Shown piece by piece: positions 43,347 through 55,981 of a stretch of 64,000 bases of DNA. Made by a program: the position numbers and the translations under genes. The stretch's first letter is position 1; the number at the start of each line of letters is the position of its first letter. The notes beneath the pieces were generated by a model. It searched no databases. It saw only the letters and a program-made list of their open reading frames with translations, and was not told the DNA's origin. Where the stretch lies: NCBI GenBank assembly GCA_951406725.2, contig OX597834.1:27466001-27530000 (forward strand), given 5' to 3'. The DNA comes from Octopus vulgaris. Its lineage: Eukaryota.

Positions 43347-43549
43347 TCTCTTTTACTTGTTTCAGTCATTTGACTGTGGCCATGCTGGAGCACCGCCTTT
43401 TAGTCGAGCAAATCGACCCCGGGACTTATTCTTTGTAAGCCCAGTACTTATTCTATCGGTTTCTTTTGCCGAACCGCTAAGTGACGGGGACGTAAATACA
43501 CCAGCATCGGTTGTCAAGCAATGCTAGGGGGACAAACACACACACACAA

Positions 43550-43588
<39 letters not shown>

Positions 43589-43650
43589 CATATATACGAC
43601 AGGCTTCTTTCAGTTTCTGTCTACCAAATCCACTCACAAGGCATTGGTCA
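43347..43650 (-). mobile_element. SINE family A, 5' truncated
   Basis: Tail and body modules, no head. Confidence 0.88.
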
Positions 43651-43857
43651 CTCCCTCCATCAAGTTGATACGACCTGTAAAGGTGCACAGCATGACTCAC
43701 GTGAGATATCGAAGTCACGGCAGAGCAACGAGAAACTGAGTGTTTTGCTTACGAACCATAACACACCGGGAATCGAAACCATGCTTTCGAGACGGTGTGT
43801 GCGACACTCTAACCAAAGTATACGCATATTTATGTACATTTGTGTGTGTGTGTGTGT

Positions 43858-44042
<185 letters not shown>

Positions 44043-44123
44043 TGTGCGTGTGTATATGTGTGTGTGTGCGTGTGTGCGTGTGTGTGTGCGTGTTTGTAAG
44101 ATGGTATACAACATAAATTAACT

Positions 44124-44336
44124 TACTTACCTTACTTTTACTTTTACTTGTTTCAGTCATTTGACTGCGGCCATGCTGGAGCACCGCCTTTAGTCGAGCA
44201 ACTCAACCCCCCGGACTTATTCTTTTTGTAAGCCCAGTACTTATTCTATCGGTCTCTTTTTGCTGAACCGCTAAGTGACGGGGACGTAAACACACCAGCA
44301 TCGGTTGTCAAGCAATGCTAGGGGGGACAAACACAG

Positions 44337-44369
<33 letters not shown>

Positions 44370-44541
44370 CATATATACGACAGGCTTCTTTCAGTTTCCG
44401 TCTACCAAATCCACTCACAAGGCTTTGGTCGGCCCGAGGCTATAGTAGAAGACATTTGCCCAAGATGCCACGCAGTGGGACTGAACCTGGAACCATGTGG
44501 TTGGTTAGCAAGCTTCTTACCACACAGCCACTCCTGCGCCT
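44124..44541 (-). mobile_element. SINE family A, full length
   Basis: Complete reverse-complement copy. Confidence 0.92.
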
Positions 44542-44656
44542 ATTTAAACACTCCTAACGTTAAATATAATAATAATAAAAGTGAAAATAGGTTTTAAGAA
44601 GACACTTTCTCCGAGTTTCGTGTTACCTCTTTTAAAAGCGATTCACTTATATTCGT

Positions 44657-44687
<31 letters not shown>

Positions 44688-44755
44688 CACGTGCGTACAC
44701 ACACATATTCGCATTATGTATGTGTATATGCATATATGTATGAATGTATATATAT

Positions 44756-45157
44756 AGGCGCAGGAGTGGCTGTGTGGTAAGTAACTTGTTTACCAACCAC
44801 ATGGTTCCGGGTTCAGTCCCACTGCGTGACACCTTGGGCAAGTGTCTTCTACTATAGCCTCGGGCCGACCAAAGCCTTGTGAGTGGATTTGGTAGACGGA
44901 AACTGAAAGAAGCCCGTCGTATATATATGTATATATATATATATGCGTGTGTGTTTGTGTTTGTCCCCTAGCATTGCTTGACAACCGATTCTGGTGTATT
45001 TATGTCCCCGTTACTTAGCGGTTCGGCAAAAGAGACCGATAGAATAAGTACTGGGCTTACAAAAAGAATAAGTCCCGGGGTCGAGTTGCTCGATTAAAGG
45101 CGGTGCTTTAGCATGGCCGCAGTCAAATGACTGAAACAAGTAAAAGAGTAAAAGAGT
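44756..45157 (+). mobile_element. SINE family A, full length
   Basis: Complete copy, divergent from the 44124-44541 copy. Confidence 0.92.
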
Positions 45158-45383
45158 ATTACATATATATGTATGTATGTATTTATGTATGTACAGATGG
45201 ATGTATGGATGAATGGATGGATGGATGGATGGATAGCTGGATGCATGAGTGTATGCATGTATGTATATATGTATCGAGATGTATAAAAACATGGACGAAT
45301 ATAATAACGGCTTGAGAAAATCTTATATTCTGCTTTTAAAATCAATTTACTAACCACACTTTTGTGCTAAAGCTGTTTAGGTT

Positions 45384-45456
<73 letters not shown>

Positions 45457-46025
45457 GTTCTTTCTCTCTCTCCCTCTCTCTTGCCAAGCTATATTTGTCA
45501 CAAAAAAAACCTAAGAAACATCAACTCTGACCACAAATATGTCTAAACAGTTTCCCTTAGCCAGCTGGCACATAACAAACAATAAATATGATATAATTGC
45601 AACAACAACAACAACAAAAGCAATATAAAACAGCAGACAAAAATACAACAAAAATAAAATAAGGTAAAATATAATAAACATAAAAAAAGATCGAAGGTAA
45701 AAATACACGAAAGCAAAACAGGACAAAATGGCGGACGGAGTTTCAGGTTCCATATTTGTTGATTTTCCGAGGAAGCTTAACACATTTTACGATTAGATTA
45801 TCCACGGCTTGGAATAGGAGTTGGAACAATATTCCTGGTTTAGCATTGTTGTCTTTTAGAAATTTTAAACATGGTCCTGTTAGAATCACATTCTTTAGAA
45901 TAATAATTATTGTTTATTTTCCACTTTTCCCAACATTTCCAGCACCTGTCAGGTCAATTCTCAGCTGTGACGTTTAACAGGGTGAAGGAAATTTTTCCTT
46001 CTTTGTTTTTCTTCTAATATATTTT

Positions 46026-47340
46026 TGGCTGTCATTAAGAAGCTAGCTTTGCGACCGCTGCGTGGTTTCTGGTTCAATCCCACTGCTCGCTACTGCTTGG
46101 CTGTGTTTAAGAAGCTAGCTTTGCGACGCTGCGTGGTTTCTGGTTCAATCCCACTGCTCGCTAGTGCTTGGCTGTGATTAAGAAGCTAGCTTTGCGACGC
46201 TGCGTGGTTTCTGGTTCAATCCCACTGCTCGCTAGTGCTTGGCTGCGATTAAGAAGCTAGCTTTGCGACGCTGCGTGGTTTCTGGTTCAATCCCACTGCT
46301 CGCTAGTGCTTGGCTGTGATTAAGAAGCTAGCTTTGCGACACTGCGTGGTTTCTGGTTCAATCCCACTGCTCGCTAGTGCTTGGCTGTGATTAAGAAGCT
46401 AGCTTTGCGACGCTGCGTGGTTTCTGGTTCAATCCCACTGCTCGCTAGTGCTTTCGCCAAGTGGCTTCTACAATTGCTCCGGGCCGACTAAGTCCTTATA
46501 AATGGACTGTGCAAAAACAACTCGCGTGTGTGTGATTAGAGCTAGCTTGCGACGCTGCGTGGTTTCTGGTTCAATCCCACTGCTCGCTAGTGCTTGGCTG
46601 TGATTAAGAAGCTAGCTTTGCGACGCTGCGTGGTTTCTGGTTCAATCCCACTGCTCGCTAGTGCTTGGCTGTGATTAAGAAGCTAGCTTTGCGACCGCTG
46701 CGTGGTTTCTGGTTCAATCCCACTGCTCGATAGTGCTTGGCTGTGATTAAGAAGCTAGCTTTGCGACGCTGCGTGGTTTCTGGTTCAATCCCACTGCTCG
46801 CTAGTGCTTGGCTGTGATTAAGAAGCTAGCTTTGCGACGCTGCGTGGTTTCTGGTTCAATCCCACTGCTCGCTAGTGCTTGGCTGAGATTAAGAAGCTAG
46901 CTTTGCGACGCTGCGTGGTTTCTGGTTCAATCCCACTGCTCGCTAGTGCTTTCGCCAAGTGGCTTCTACAATTGCTCCGGGCCGACTAAGTCCTTATAAA
47001 TGAATTTGGTTGACGGAGACTGTGCAAAAACAACTCGTGTGTGTGTGACAGAGTGTGTGTGTGCATTTGTATGCGCGTGCACGTGTATGTTTGTATGCGT
47101 GTTTTCGGGTACGTGTACATGTGAGCAGGCTCATTTGTGCGTGTGTTTGCGTGTGCGTGTGTGTATCCGTGTTGTTTGAGGGAGCCTCTGTATGTGCGTG
47201 TGCGTGTGTGTGTACGCGTGCGCGGGTGTATATGTGTCTTTGTCTCCCTCCACCGCTTGACAACTGATGTTTCTTTTACGTCTCCGAAAAGTAGCGGTTC
47301 AACAAAATGGACCGATTCAATAAATACTTGACTTAGAATG
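46026..47340 (+). repeat. Tandem array of twelve ~71-bp tRNA-like SINE heads ending in a diverged family A body
   Basis: Unit TGGCTGTGATTAAGAAGCTAGCTTTGCGACGCTGCGTGGTTTCTGGTTCAATCCCACTGCTCGCTAGTGCT at 46026, 46098, 46169, 46240, 46311, 46382, ~46530, 46595, 46666, 46738, 46809, 46880. Confidence 0.93.
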
Positions 47341-47657
47341 AATTTGGTAGTTTAATTTGACTAGACTACTTTGAGTCATCGTTGTCAGTAGTAAGGCAGG
47401 GTCTTTAAGATACGTGGGGTAAATGTATATAGTGACAGTGAGGACGTAACCAAACCATCCAATGATGGCGTAGTCACTACTGAGTTTGCAATTTTCAAAC
47501 CATAATAGTCTAGTATAGTGATCTAGCTTCTCTGTGAGGTGTTTATCTCCATGTCAGTATATGAAAAGGTGCTTTCTTGAGGAACTAAGTTATTTTTTAA
47601 CAAAACAGTTGCTACCCAGAACCCTCAGTCATAATTAGTAACAGACGTATATATATG

Positions 47658-47708
<51 letters not shown>

Positions 47709-47717
47709 ACACACACG

Positions 47718-47749
<32 letters not shown>

Positions 47750-47874
47750 CAGGGTGATTCAAAAGTGACCATACATAGGAAAATTTTATTTTTTTATAGG
47801 AAACAGTTAAGTAAAAAACTGTTTCTTATAAAAAAACAATTGTTCTTATGTATGGCGACTTTTGAATCACCGTG
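47750..47874. mobile_element. Fold-back MITE of Tc1/mariner type
   Basis: TIR CAGGGTGATTCAAAAGT / ACTTTTGAATCACCGTG, TA flanks, nearly the whole 125 bp is self-complementary. Confidence 0.88.
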
Positions 47875-47960
47875 TATATATATATATATGCCCCAGCATG
47901 GCCACAGCTCACGAGCTAAAATTAGATCAAATCAAATAAAAAAATTATATATATATATAT

Positions 47961-48525
<565 letters not shown>

Positions 48526-48975
48526 GAGATAGAGACTCAATATAAACCAACTAGGTTTCATACGATTTGAATTAGGCGACAACTACATCATATTTATACT
48601 TCCAATAAATCCAACTGCTGCTTATCTTGAATTTGACATCAGATTTCAAACAAGTTTTCGATTCTTGCAAATAGTTTATATTTGATTGGAGATTTTTCTA
48701 AATGTTTACACCTCGAAAATAACGTAAATGTTAGTTTTGGTCTAATTTAATTACATTGTATTAGAAAAACCACGTGGTGTAAAGGAGCGTGTGAGTTGGC
48801 CTTTAGCTAACTCGCTCACACTTTATTACTTTCTTGCTCTCCACGTCACATTTTATGCAGCATTCAACGTGTTACCTAACTACTCCCTTGCATAAATGAT
48901 AATGTATGTATATGTATATGTGCGTGTGCTATATGTATATATATATATATATATATATGCGTGTATATATGTGTG

Positions 48976-49038
<63 letters not shown>

Positions 49039-49043
49039 TGTGC

Positions 49044-49150
<107 letters not shown>

Positions 49151-49471
49151 GTATATGTATAGCCATTATGGCATTATACAGTCAATCTAACAGTCATATA
49201 GATAGATAGATAGAGAGAAAGAGAGAGAGAGATAGCGAAAGACAGACAGACAGACGGATACAAGGGCTCGTTCATCCACACATGTACACAACTACATTCA
49301 TACACATGCACGTATGTGTACGTGTGTGAATGTGTGTGCATGTGTATTCATGAAGCATCAGTAAAGTTTATTCCATATACAGATAGTGGTTTCACCCACT
49401 TGGCGCACACATGCACGCGCGGACGGACATATGCGTATGTATATATATATATTTATTTATTTTATAGAAGG

Positions 49472-49522
49472 AGCTGCTACAGGACTAGAACTGTTTCATT
49501 CAAATGAAATCATCAGGAAGCT
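49472..49522 (-). ncRNA. Hammerhead ribozyme motif, left arm of palindrome
   Basis: Same motif on minus strand ending CTG-TA-gcagct; stem I 5/6 pairs. Confidence 0.65.
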
Positions 49523-49569
49523 TCCTGATGATTTCATTTGAATGAAACAGTTCTAGTCCTGTAGAAACT
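49519..49569 (+). ncRNA. Hammerhead ribozyme motif, right arm of palindrome
   Basis: agcttc-CTGATGA-t-TTC-attt-GAA-t-GAAA-CAG-ttctagtc-CTG-TA-gaaact; intact core, GUA cleavage triplet, stem I 5/6 pairs. Confidence 0.65.
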
Positions 49570-49649
49570 CCTTCTATAAAATAAATTAATTTACTCTGCT
49601 ATGTATTGAGTACCTTATTTACTGTGGTTAACCCCGACTCAACCTGGGA

Positions 49650-49693
<44 letters not shown>

Positions 49694-49700
49694 TATAAAT

Positions 49701-49732
<32 letters not shown>

Positions 49733-49861
49733 GTGCATGTGAGTATCTGTGCCTATGTGTGTGTACATATATATATTATCGACAGCGGCATATGGTATAA
49801 TTATAAACAGAGCAAATTTTACCCATATCTCTAAAGACTGAAAAGTAAAAAAAAACGAACA

Positions 49862-49903
49862 ACCTTAATCGATTTTCAACCTTATTGGGTTCTCATCAGA
49901 GGC
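49862..49903 (-). ncRNA. Minimal hammerhead ribozyme motif
   Basis: gcct-CTGATGA-g-AACC-caataa-GGTT-GAAA-ATCGAT-TA-aggt; palindromic stem III AATCGATT; TATATAAA ~50 nt upstream. Confidence 0.7.
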
Positions 49904-50219
49904 AGCCAAATTATTCTGACAGTCTCCAGAAAAGCGAGCAGCAAAACTGTTTATATACTCAACAAATGCACCAGTTACTCTATGAAGGAGTCCTTAATTT
50001 GCATACCGAAAGATGCTTAACACTATAAATACTAACGGCATGTCAACGTGGATCTCAGTTTTCCATTGACACACCTTTCAGATACAAAGGCGCGCGTACA
50101 CACACACACACACACATGCACTCTCTCTCATTTTCTTCCCATTCCTCACCCTCTTTTACGATCTTATATCTCTCTCCAGCGCTACACACTCAATAGTACT
50201 ATAAAAAGAGACAAATCTC

Positions 50220-50387
50220 CTGAAAAAATTCAATCTGAAGACTCCACTAGAGTGGACGCAAGCGGTATTATATATGGTTTATAAAAACATGTGACATATT
50301 AATAAATATCTGTAAATATAACACCATCCAGATTTCTGAGTACCTTATTTCTTCTAATATATAATACCTGTACATCATCTCCAAACC

Positions 50388-50392
<5 letters not shown>
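50220..50392 (+). mobile_element. Penelope-pLTR-like relic with degenerate hammerhead
   Basis: TATAAAA upstream, CTGAAGA-c-TCCAC-taga-GTGGA-c-GCAA-gcgg-TA; shares TGAGTACCTTATTT with 49607-49620. Confidence 0.5.
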
Positions 50393-50435
<43 letters not shown>

Positions 50436-50437
<2 letters not shown>

Positions 50438-50815
50438 CTCAAAAAGCAAAAAGCAAGGCCATGTAGGGGGACATGGAGTTATGTACAGGGTGGTGTTCCT
50501 GCAAAGAGTTGAGGCCATTTCTGGTCAAGGGAGACTTTGAACCGAGCGGTCGTCGGCATCTTCACTATCTCGTCCGGCAGCTTATTCCACGGATCCGCAA
50601 CCCGGACGGAGAAAGCCCCTCTCCTTCGATTAAGATGAAATCATCGCAAATAGAGCTTTTCGGAGTGATCCCGCAGCCGACGCTCTGCAGCAGGAGTAAA
50701 GAACAGCTTTTTCGAGAGGTTACACTTTCCGCTTATGATGTTGTGAGCAAGAATGAGATCACCACGGCGTCGTCGTTTTTCTAGAGAATAAAGGTCGAGC
50801 GTCTTCAACCTTTCT

Positions 50816-50817
<2 letters not shown>
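50436..50817 (-). mobile_element. CR1-clade LINE 3' fragment
   Basis: Minus-strand ERLKTLDLYSLEKRRRRGDLILAHNIISG...RDHSEKL...RRGAFSVRVADPWNKLPDEIV...FKVSLD, the typical CR1 ORF2 C-terminus; flanked by (TA)n. Confidence 0.88.
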
Positions 50818-50858
<41 letters not shown>

Positions 50859-51086
50859 ATGGGCTTCATTCAGATGCCGTCTACCAAATCCACTCATAAG
50901 GCATTGGTCGGCCCGATGACACAGTAGAAGACATTTGCCAAAGGTGCAACGCAGTGGGACTGAACTCAGAACTGATAAGAGAATTCAGCAAGATTGGATT
51001 TACTGTGATGTTTAATAAAGAACCACCACCAAAATCCACAAACATTACAAAGAGTATCAGAAAATTATGGTCTGTAACGTTACTCA

Positions 51087-51256
51087 TAGAAGGTTTGGAG
51101 ATGATGTACAGGTATTATATATTAGAAGAAATAAGGTACTCAGAAATCTGGATGGTGTTATATTTACAGATATTTATTAATATGACACATGTTTTTATAA
51201 ACCATATATTACCGCTTGCGTCCACTCTAGTGGAGTCTTCAGATTGAATTTTTCAG
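51087..51256 (-). mobile_element. Inverted copy of 50220-50392 flanked by 29-bp direct repeats
   Basis: Near-identical reverse complement; AAATTATGGTCTGTAACGTTACTCATAGA at 51062-51090 and 51258-51286. Confidence 0.85.
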
Positions 51257-51648
51257 CAAATTATGGTCTGTAACGTTACTCATAGACGTATCTTAAAAGA
51301 TAAGGGCACAGATCGAAGAAACCTAAATAATCTCATGTACTCCACTGCTAAAGTAGTAATTAATCAAATAAGTATTAGGCTTACCAACGAAAGATCAGAC
51401 ATGTCAAATGGAAAGTAAAAATAGAGAATGAAGTTGAATCTCCGCAGGCGGAAGTCTCGGTTCTCGGTGAACTTTCTGTAGAAGTAAATGTCAAAAGAAA
51501 AGTTTCAAAAATTAAGCAAAAATTTAAAATCAAAAACCTTATAACCCTTCCTGCGACCATGGAACAGTTGAAACAGCGTATACAGGTAAGATCCCCTTAG
51601 CATAAAAGAAACTGATTCTATAGTCAAAATGAAATGTTCAAAATAGAT

Positions 51649-52055
51649 TTACTCTCTTTACTTGTTTCAGTCATTTTGACTGCGGCCATGCTGGAGTACC
51701 GCCTTTAATCGAGCAAATCGACCCCGGGACTTATTCTTTGTAAGCCCAGTACTTATTCTATCGGTCTCTTTTGCCGAACAGCTAAGTGACGGGGACGTAA
51801 ACACACCAGCATCGGTTGTCAAGCAATGCTAGGGGGACAAACACAGACACACAAACATATACACACACGCTTATATACATATACATATATACGACAGGCT
51901 TCTTTCAGTTTCCGTCTACCAAATCCACTCACAAGGCATTGGTCGGCCCGGGGTTATAGCAGAAGACACTTGCCCAAGATGCCACGCAGTGGGACTGAAC
52001 CCGGAACCATGTGGTTGGTTAGCAAGCTACTTACCACACAGCCACTCCTGCGCCT
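51649..52055 (-). mobile_element. SINE family A, full length, nested in the R4/Dong relic
   Basis: Complete copy; flanking duplication ATAGAT. Confidence 0.92.
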
Positions 52056-52306
52056 ATAGATGCGAGGAAATATTATAAGGGAATTGACAAATGTAAGGTA
52101 GAGGCGAAGGAGCCACCTAAGATTTAAGAAATGGAAGAATTTGGGAAGAAGATACGGAGCAACGAGAAATAATTCAATGCTGAATCTGGTTGGAGAGAAC
52201 GTGAAAAATAAAGACTGCAGTCGAAAAACAGGAATGGGGAGCAATAAGAATAGAAGAGTTACGGTGTGTTCTTAGAAAGTCCTCACAAATGGAAATTCCC
52301 AGGATT

Positions 52307-53975
52307 GGACCAGGTCCCTAAATTCTGGCTGAATTGTTTGGTAAAATTACACGAAAATCTCGCTGCATCTCTAACCAATATTCAGAACCCAGAGTAAATA
52401 TCTGCCTGGCTGACTATCTGACTATCTGGACCAGATCCCTAAATTCTGGCTGAATTGTTTGGTAGAATTACACGAAAATTTCGCTGCATCTCTAACCAAT
52501 ATTCAGAACCCAGAGCAAATACCTGCCTGGCTGACTATCTGACTATCTGGACCAGATCCCTAAATTCTGGCTGAATTGTTTGGTAGAATTACACGAAAAT
52601 CTCGCTGCATCTCTAACCAATATTCAGAACCCAGAGCAAATACCTGCCTGGCTGACTATCTGACTATCTGACTATCTGACTATCTGGACCAGATCCCTAA
52701 ATTCTGGCTGAATTGTTTGGTAGAATTACACGAAAATCTCGCTGCATCTCTAACCAATATTCAGAACCCAGAGCAAATTCCTGCCTGGCTGACTATCTGA
52801 CTATCTGACTATCTGGACCAGATCCCTAAATTCTGGCTGAATTGTTTGGTAGAATTACACGAAAATCTCGCTGCATCTCTAACCAATATTCAGAACCCAG
52901 AGCAAATACCTGCCTGGCTGACTATCTGACTATCTGACTATCTGACTATCTGGACCAGATCCCTAAATTCTGGCTGAATTGTTTGGTAGAATTACACGAA
53001 AATTTCGCTGTATCTCTAACCAATATTCAGAACCCAGAGCAAATACCTGCCTGGCTGACTATCTGACTATCTGACTATCTGGACCAGATCCCTAAATTCT
53101 GGCTGAATTGTTTGGTAAAATTACACGAAAATCTCGCTGCATCTCTAACCAATATTCAGAACCCAGAACAAATACCTGCCTGGCTGACTATCTGACTATC
53201 TGACTATCTGGACCAGATCCCTAAATTCTGGCTGAATTGTTTGGTAGAATTACATGAAAATCTCGCTGCATCTCTAACCAATATTCATACCCAGAGCAAA
53301 TACCTGCCTGGCTGACTATCTGACTATCTGACTATCTGGACCAGATCCCTAAATTCTGGCTGAATTGTTTGGTAGAATTACACGAAAATCTCGCTGCATC
53401 TCTAACCAATATTCAGAACCCAGAGCAAATACCTGCCTGGCTGACTATCTGACTATCTGGACCAGATCCCTAAATTCTGATGGAATTGTTTGGTAGAATT
53501 ACACGAAAATCTCGCTGCATCTCTAACCAATATTCAGAACCCAGAGCAAATAACTGCTTGGCTTACTATCTGACTATCTGACTATCTGGACCAGATCCCT
53601 AAATTCTGGCTGAATTGTTTGGTAGAATTACACGAAAATCTCGCTGCATCTCTAACCAATATTCAGAACCCAGCGCAAATACCTGCCTGGCTGACTATCT
53701 GACTATCTGACTATCTGACTATCTGGACCAGATCCCTAAATTCTGGCTGAATTGTTTGGTAGAATTACACGAAAATCTCGCTGCATCTCTAACCAATATT
53801 CAGAACCCAGCGCAAATACCTGCCTGGCTGACTATCTGACTATCTGACTATCTGACTATCTGGACCAGATCCCTAAATTCTGGCTGAATTGTTTGGTAGA
53901 ATTACACGAAAATCTCGCTGCATCTCTAACCAATATTCAGAACCCAGAGCAAATAACTGTCTGGCTGACTATCTG
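52307..53975 (+). repeat. 13-unit minisatellite (121-137 bp) derived from LINE coding sequence
   Basis: Units start GGACCAGATCCCTAAATTC at 52307, 52428, 52549, 52686, 52815, 52952, 53081, 53210, 53338, 53459, 53588, 53725, 53862; each has 2-4 copies of GACTATCT. Confidence 0.95.
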
Positions 53976-54748
53976 ATTATTACCAAAAGCTGAAGGCATA
54001 AAACTCACACAGAATTACCGACCAATAACATGTCTTAATACTACTTACAAGAATCTCGCATCCATAACTAAAAGAACGTACGCTTTCCTTGGACAGAACG
54101 CCATCATTCTACAAGCGCAAAAAAGATGTGAAATAAATTCCTGTTTGTGCAAAAACCAGTTGTTCAGAAATATAATCATTTTGGAAATTTGCCACGGCAA
54201 AAACAAAAACCTGAACCATCGATAAGTTACAGAAAAGTGTTTGCGGGTGTCCCACATAAATGGATACGCAAAGGCCTCGGTACGTATAAGATCTCTCCTA
54301 ACATATCTAGATTTCTACAAAATAGGATGGCGAAATGAAACACAGGTCTTTTTCTAAACCATAGTAATGGGATGAGCCAATCCAATGGCATCAAAATCAA
54401 ACGAGGCATCTCTCAAGATTACATCTCCCCATTAATTTTTTGCATGGCACTGCTCTCACCCTCAAATGAGTTGAACAACGCCAGACATGGATACAAAACT
54501 ATTAAAAAAATCATAAAAAAGGAACTTCTGAGCAGGATGGGCTACTCGAGCTGAAGAAAATTATAACTGGGCCCCATCTGCAAAGTTATGCACTGTTTAT
54601 CATGATATAAGTTCACCATATCACGCACATATGGTTGTGATGCATGTGTCTAGTGTACCCTTATCAGACGGGTAATCCTGATGGGTATACTGGGCTTCGT
54701 ATATTTTACACCAGTGTCACTTTGATGGCATGCACTGCTCTCTCACTC

Positions 54749-54791
<43 letters not shown>

Positions 54792-54799
54792 TATTTTAC

Positions 54800-55370
54800 A
54801 TCTTTTTTGCGCTTGTGGAATGATGCCAACATTATGAAATAACAGAAAAAAGATGGTATAGGCACACACCTGAAAAGGTCACAGAAAACGAGAAAGCAAC
54901 CATACTCTGGGATATGCCAATACACACAGATAGAGAAATTAAGGCCAACAGACCAGATATAGTTTTCAGAGATCATGAAGAAAAAAAATGCTTTCTAATT
55001 GATGTATCAATACCAGCAGATGACAACGTCTCTCTAAAAGAAATGGAGAAACTTTCAAAATACAAAGACCTGAAAATAGAGGTAACCAGAATATGGAATC
55101 TAAAAACAGAAACAATTCCTATCATAATAGGTGCATTAGGCATGATAAAAAAATATTCAGACAAATACATAACAAAAACACCAGGACTTACAAACACATA
55201 TAACATACAGAAAATTGCACTACTAGGCACTGCACACATCCTACGCAGAACACTTTCCATACAGTAACCATCAGAGCATCACAACAAATCAAAGCACATA
55301 CCCAAGGTACACAGAGCTGCGCCCGGTAGTGAGATGAAAGCACGCGATAAAAAATATACTACTGAATAAT
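54800..55370 (+). mobile_element. R4/Dong-clade 3' end with restriction-like endonuclease domain
   Basis: ORF 54914-55267 PIHTDREIKANRPDIV...IDVSIP...EKLSKYKDL...IPIIIGALG (PD-(D/E)xK RLE); (TAA)n on both sides; 3' UTR repeated at 55453-55545. Confidence 0.9.
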
Positions 55371-55549
55371 TATAATAATAATAATAATAATAATAATAAG
55401 AAGAAGAAGAAGACTACTAATAATAAGACTAATAATAATAATAAGACTACAATAACCATCAGAGCATCACGACAAATCACAGCACATACCCAAGGCACAC
55501 AGAGCTGTGCTCGGTAGTGAAGTGAAAGCACGCTATAAAAATAATAAAC

Positions 55550-55594
<45 letters not shown>

Positions 55595-55797
55595 TGATGA
55601 AGATGATGATAAATTCTGATTTAGACACAAGCCAGCATTACTGAACAGAGGCGGATAGTCGAAGCCATTAACCCATTTACCTCACTTCAATTTTAATTTT
55701 AGCGACACCAGAGAGCAAAAATGATCGCGGTGAAATTTCAACTTAGAGATCGAGATCAAACCCTTTCACTTCATATGCATATATATATATATATCAT

Positions 55798-55903
<106 letters not shown>

Positions 55904-55920
55904 GTCTGTCTGTCTATCTT

Positions 55921-55981
<61 letters not shown>

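Larger units (their letters stand above)
51290..54540 (+). mobile_element. Decayed R4/Dong-clade non-LTR retrotransposon (N-terminal region to RT), interrupted by a SINE and a tandem array
   Basis: Translations MEQLKQRIQ...QNEMFK, PGLDQVPKFWLN...LHENLA...PAWLT, LLPK...NYRPITCLNTTYK, SYRKVFAGVPHKWI, IKIKRGISQDYISPLIFCMAL. Confidence 0.82.

Noticed and set aside
46026-46950. True tRNA gene cluster or CRISPR array
   Set aside because: Units lack a proper cloverleaf and unique spacers and run directly into SINE body sequence.
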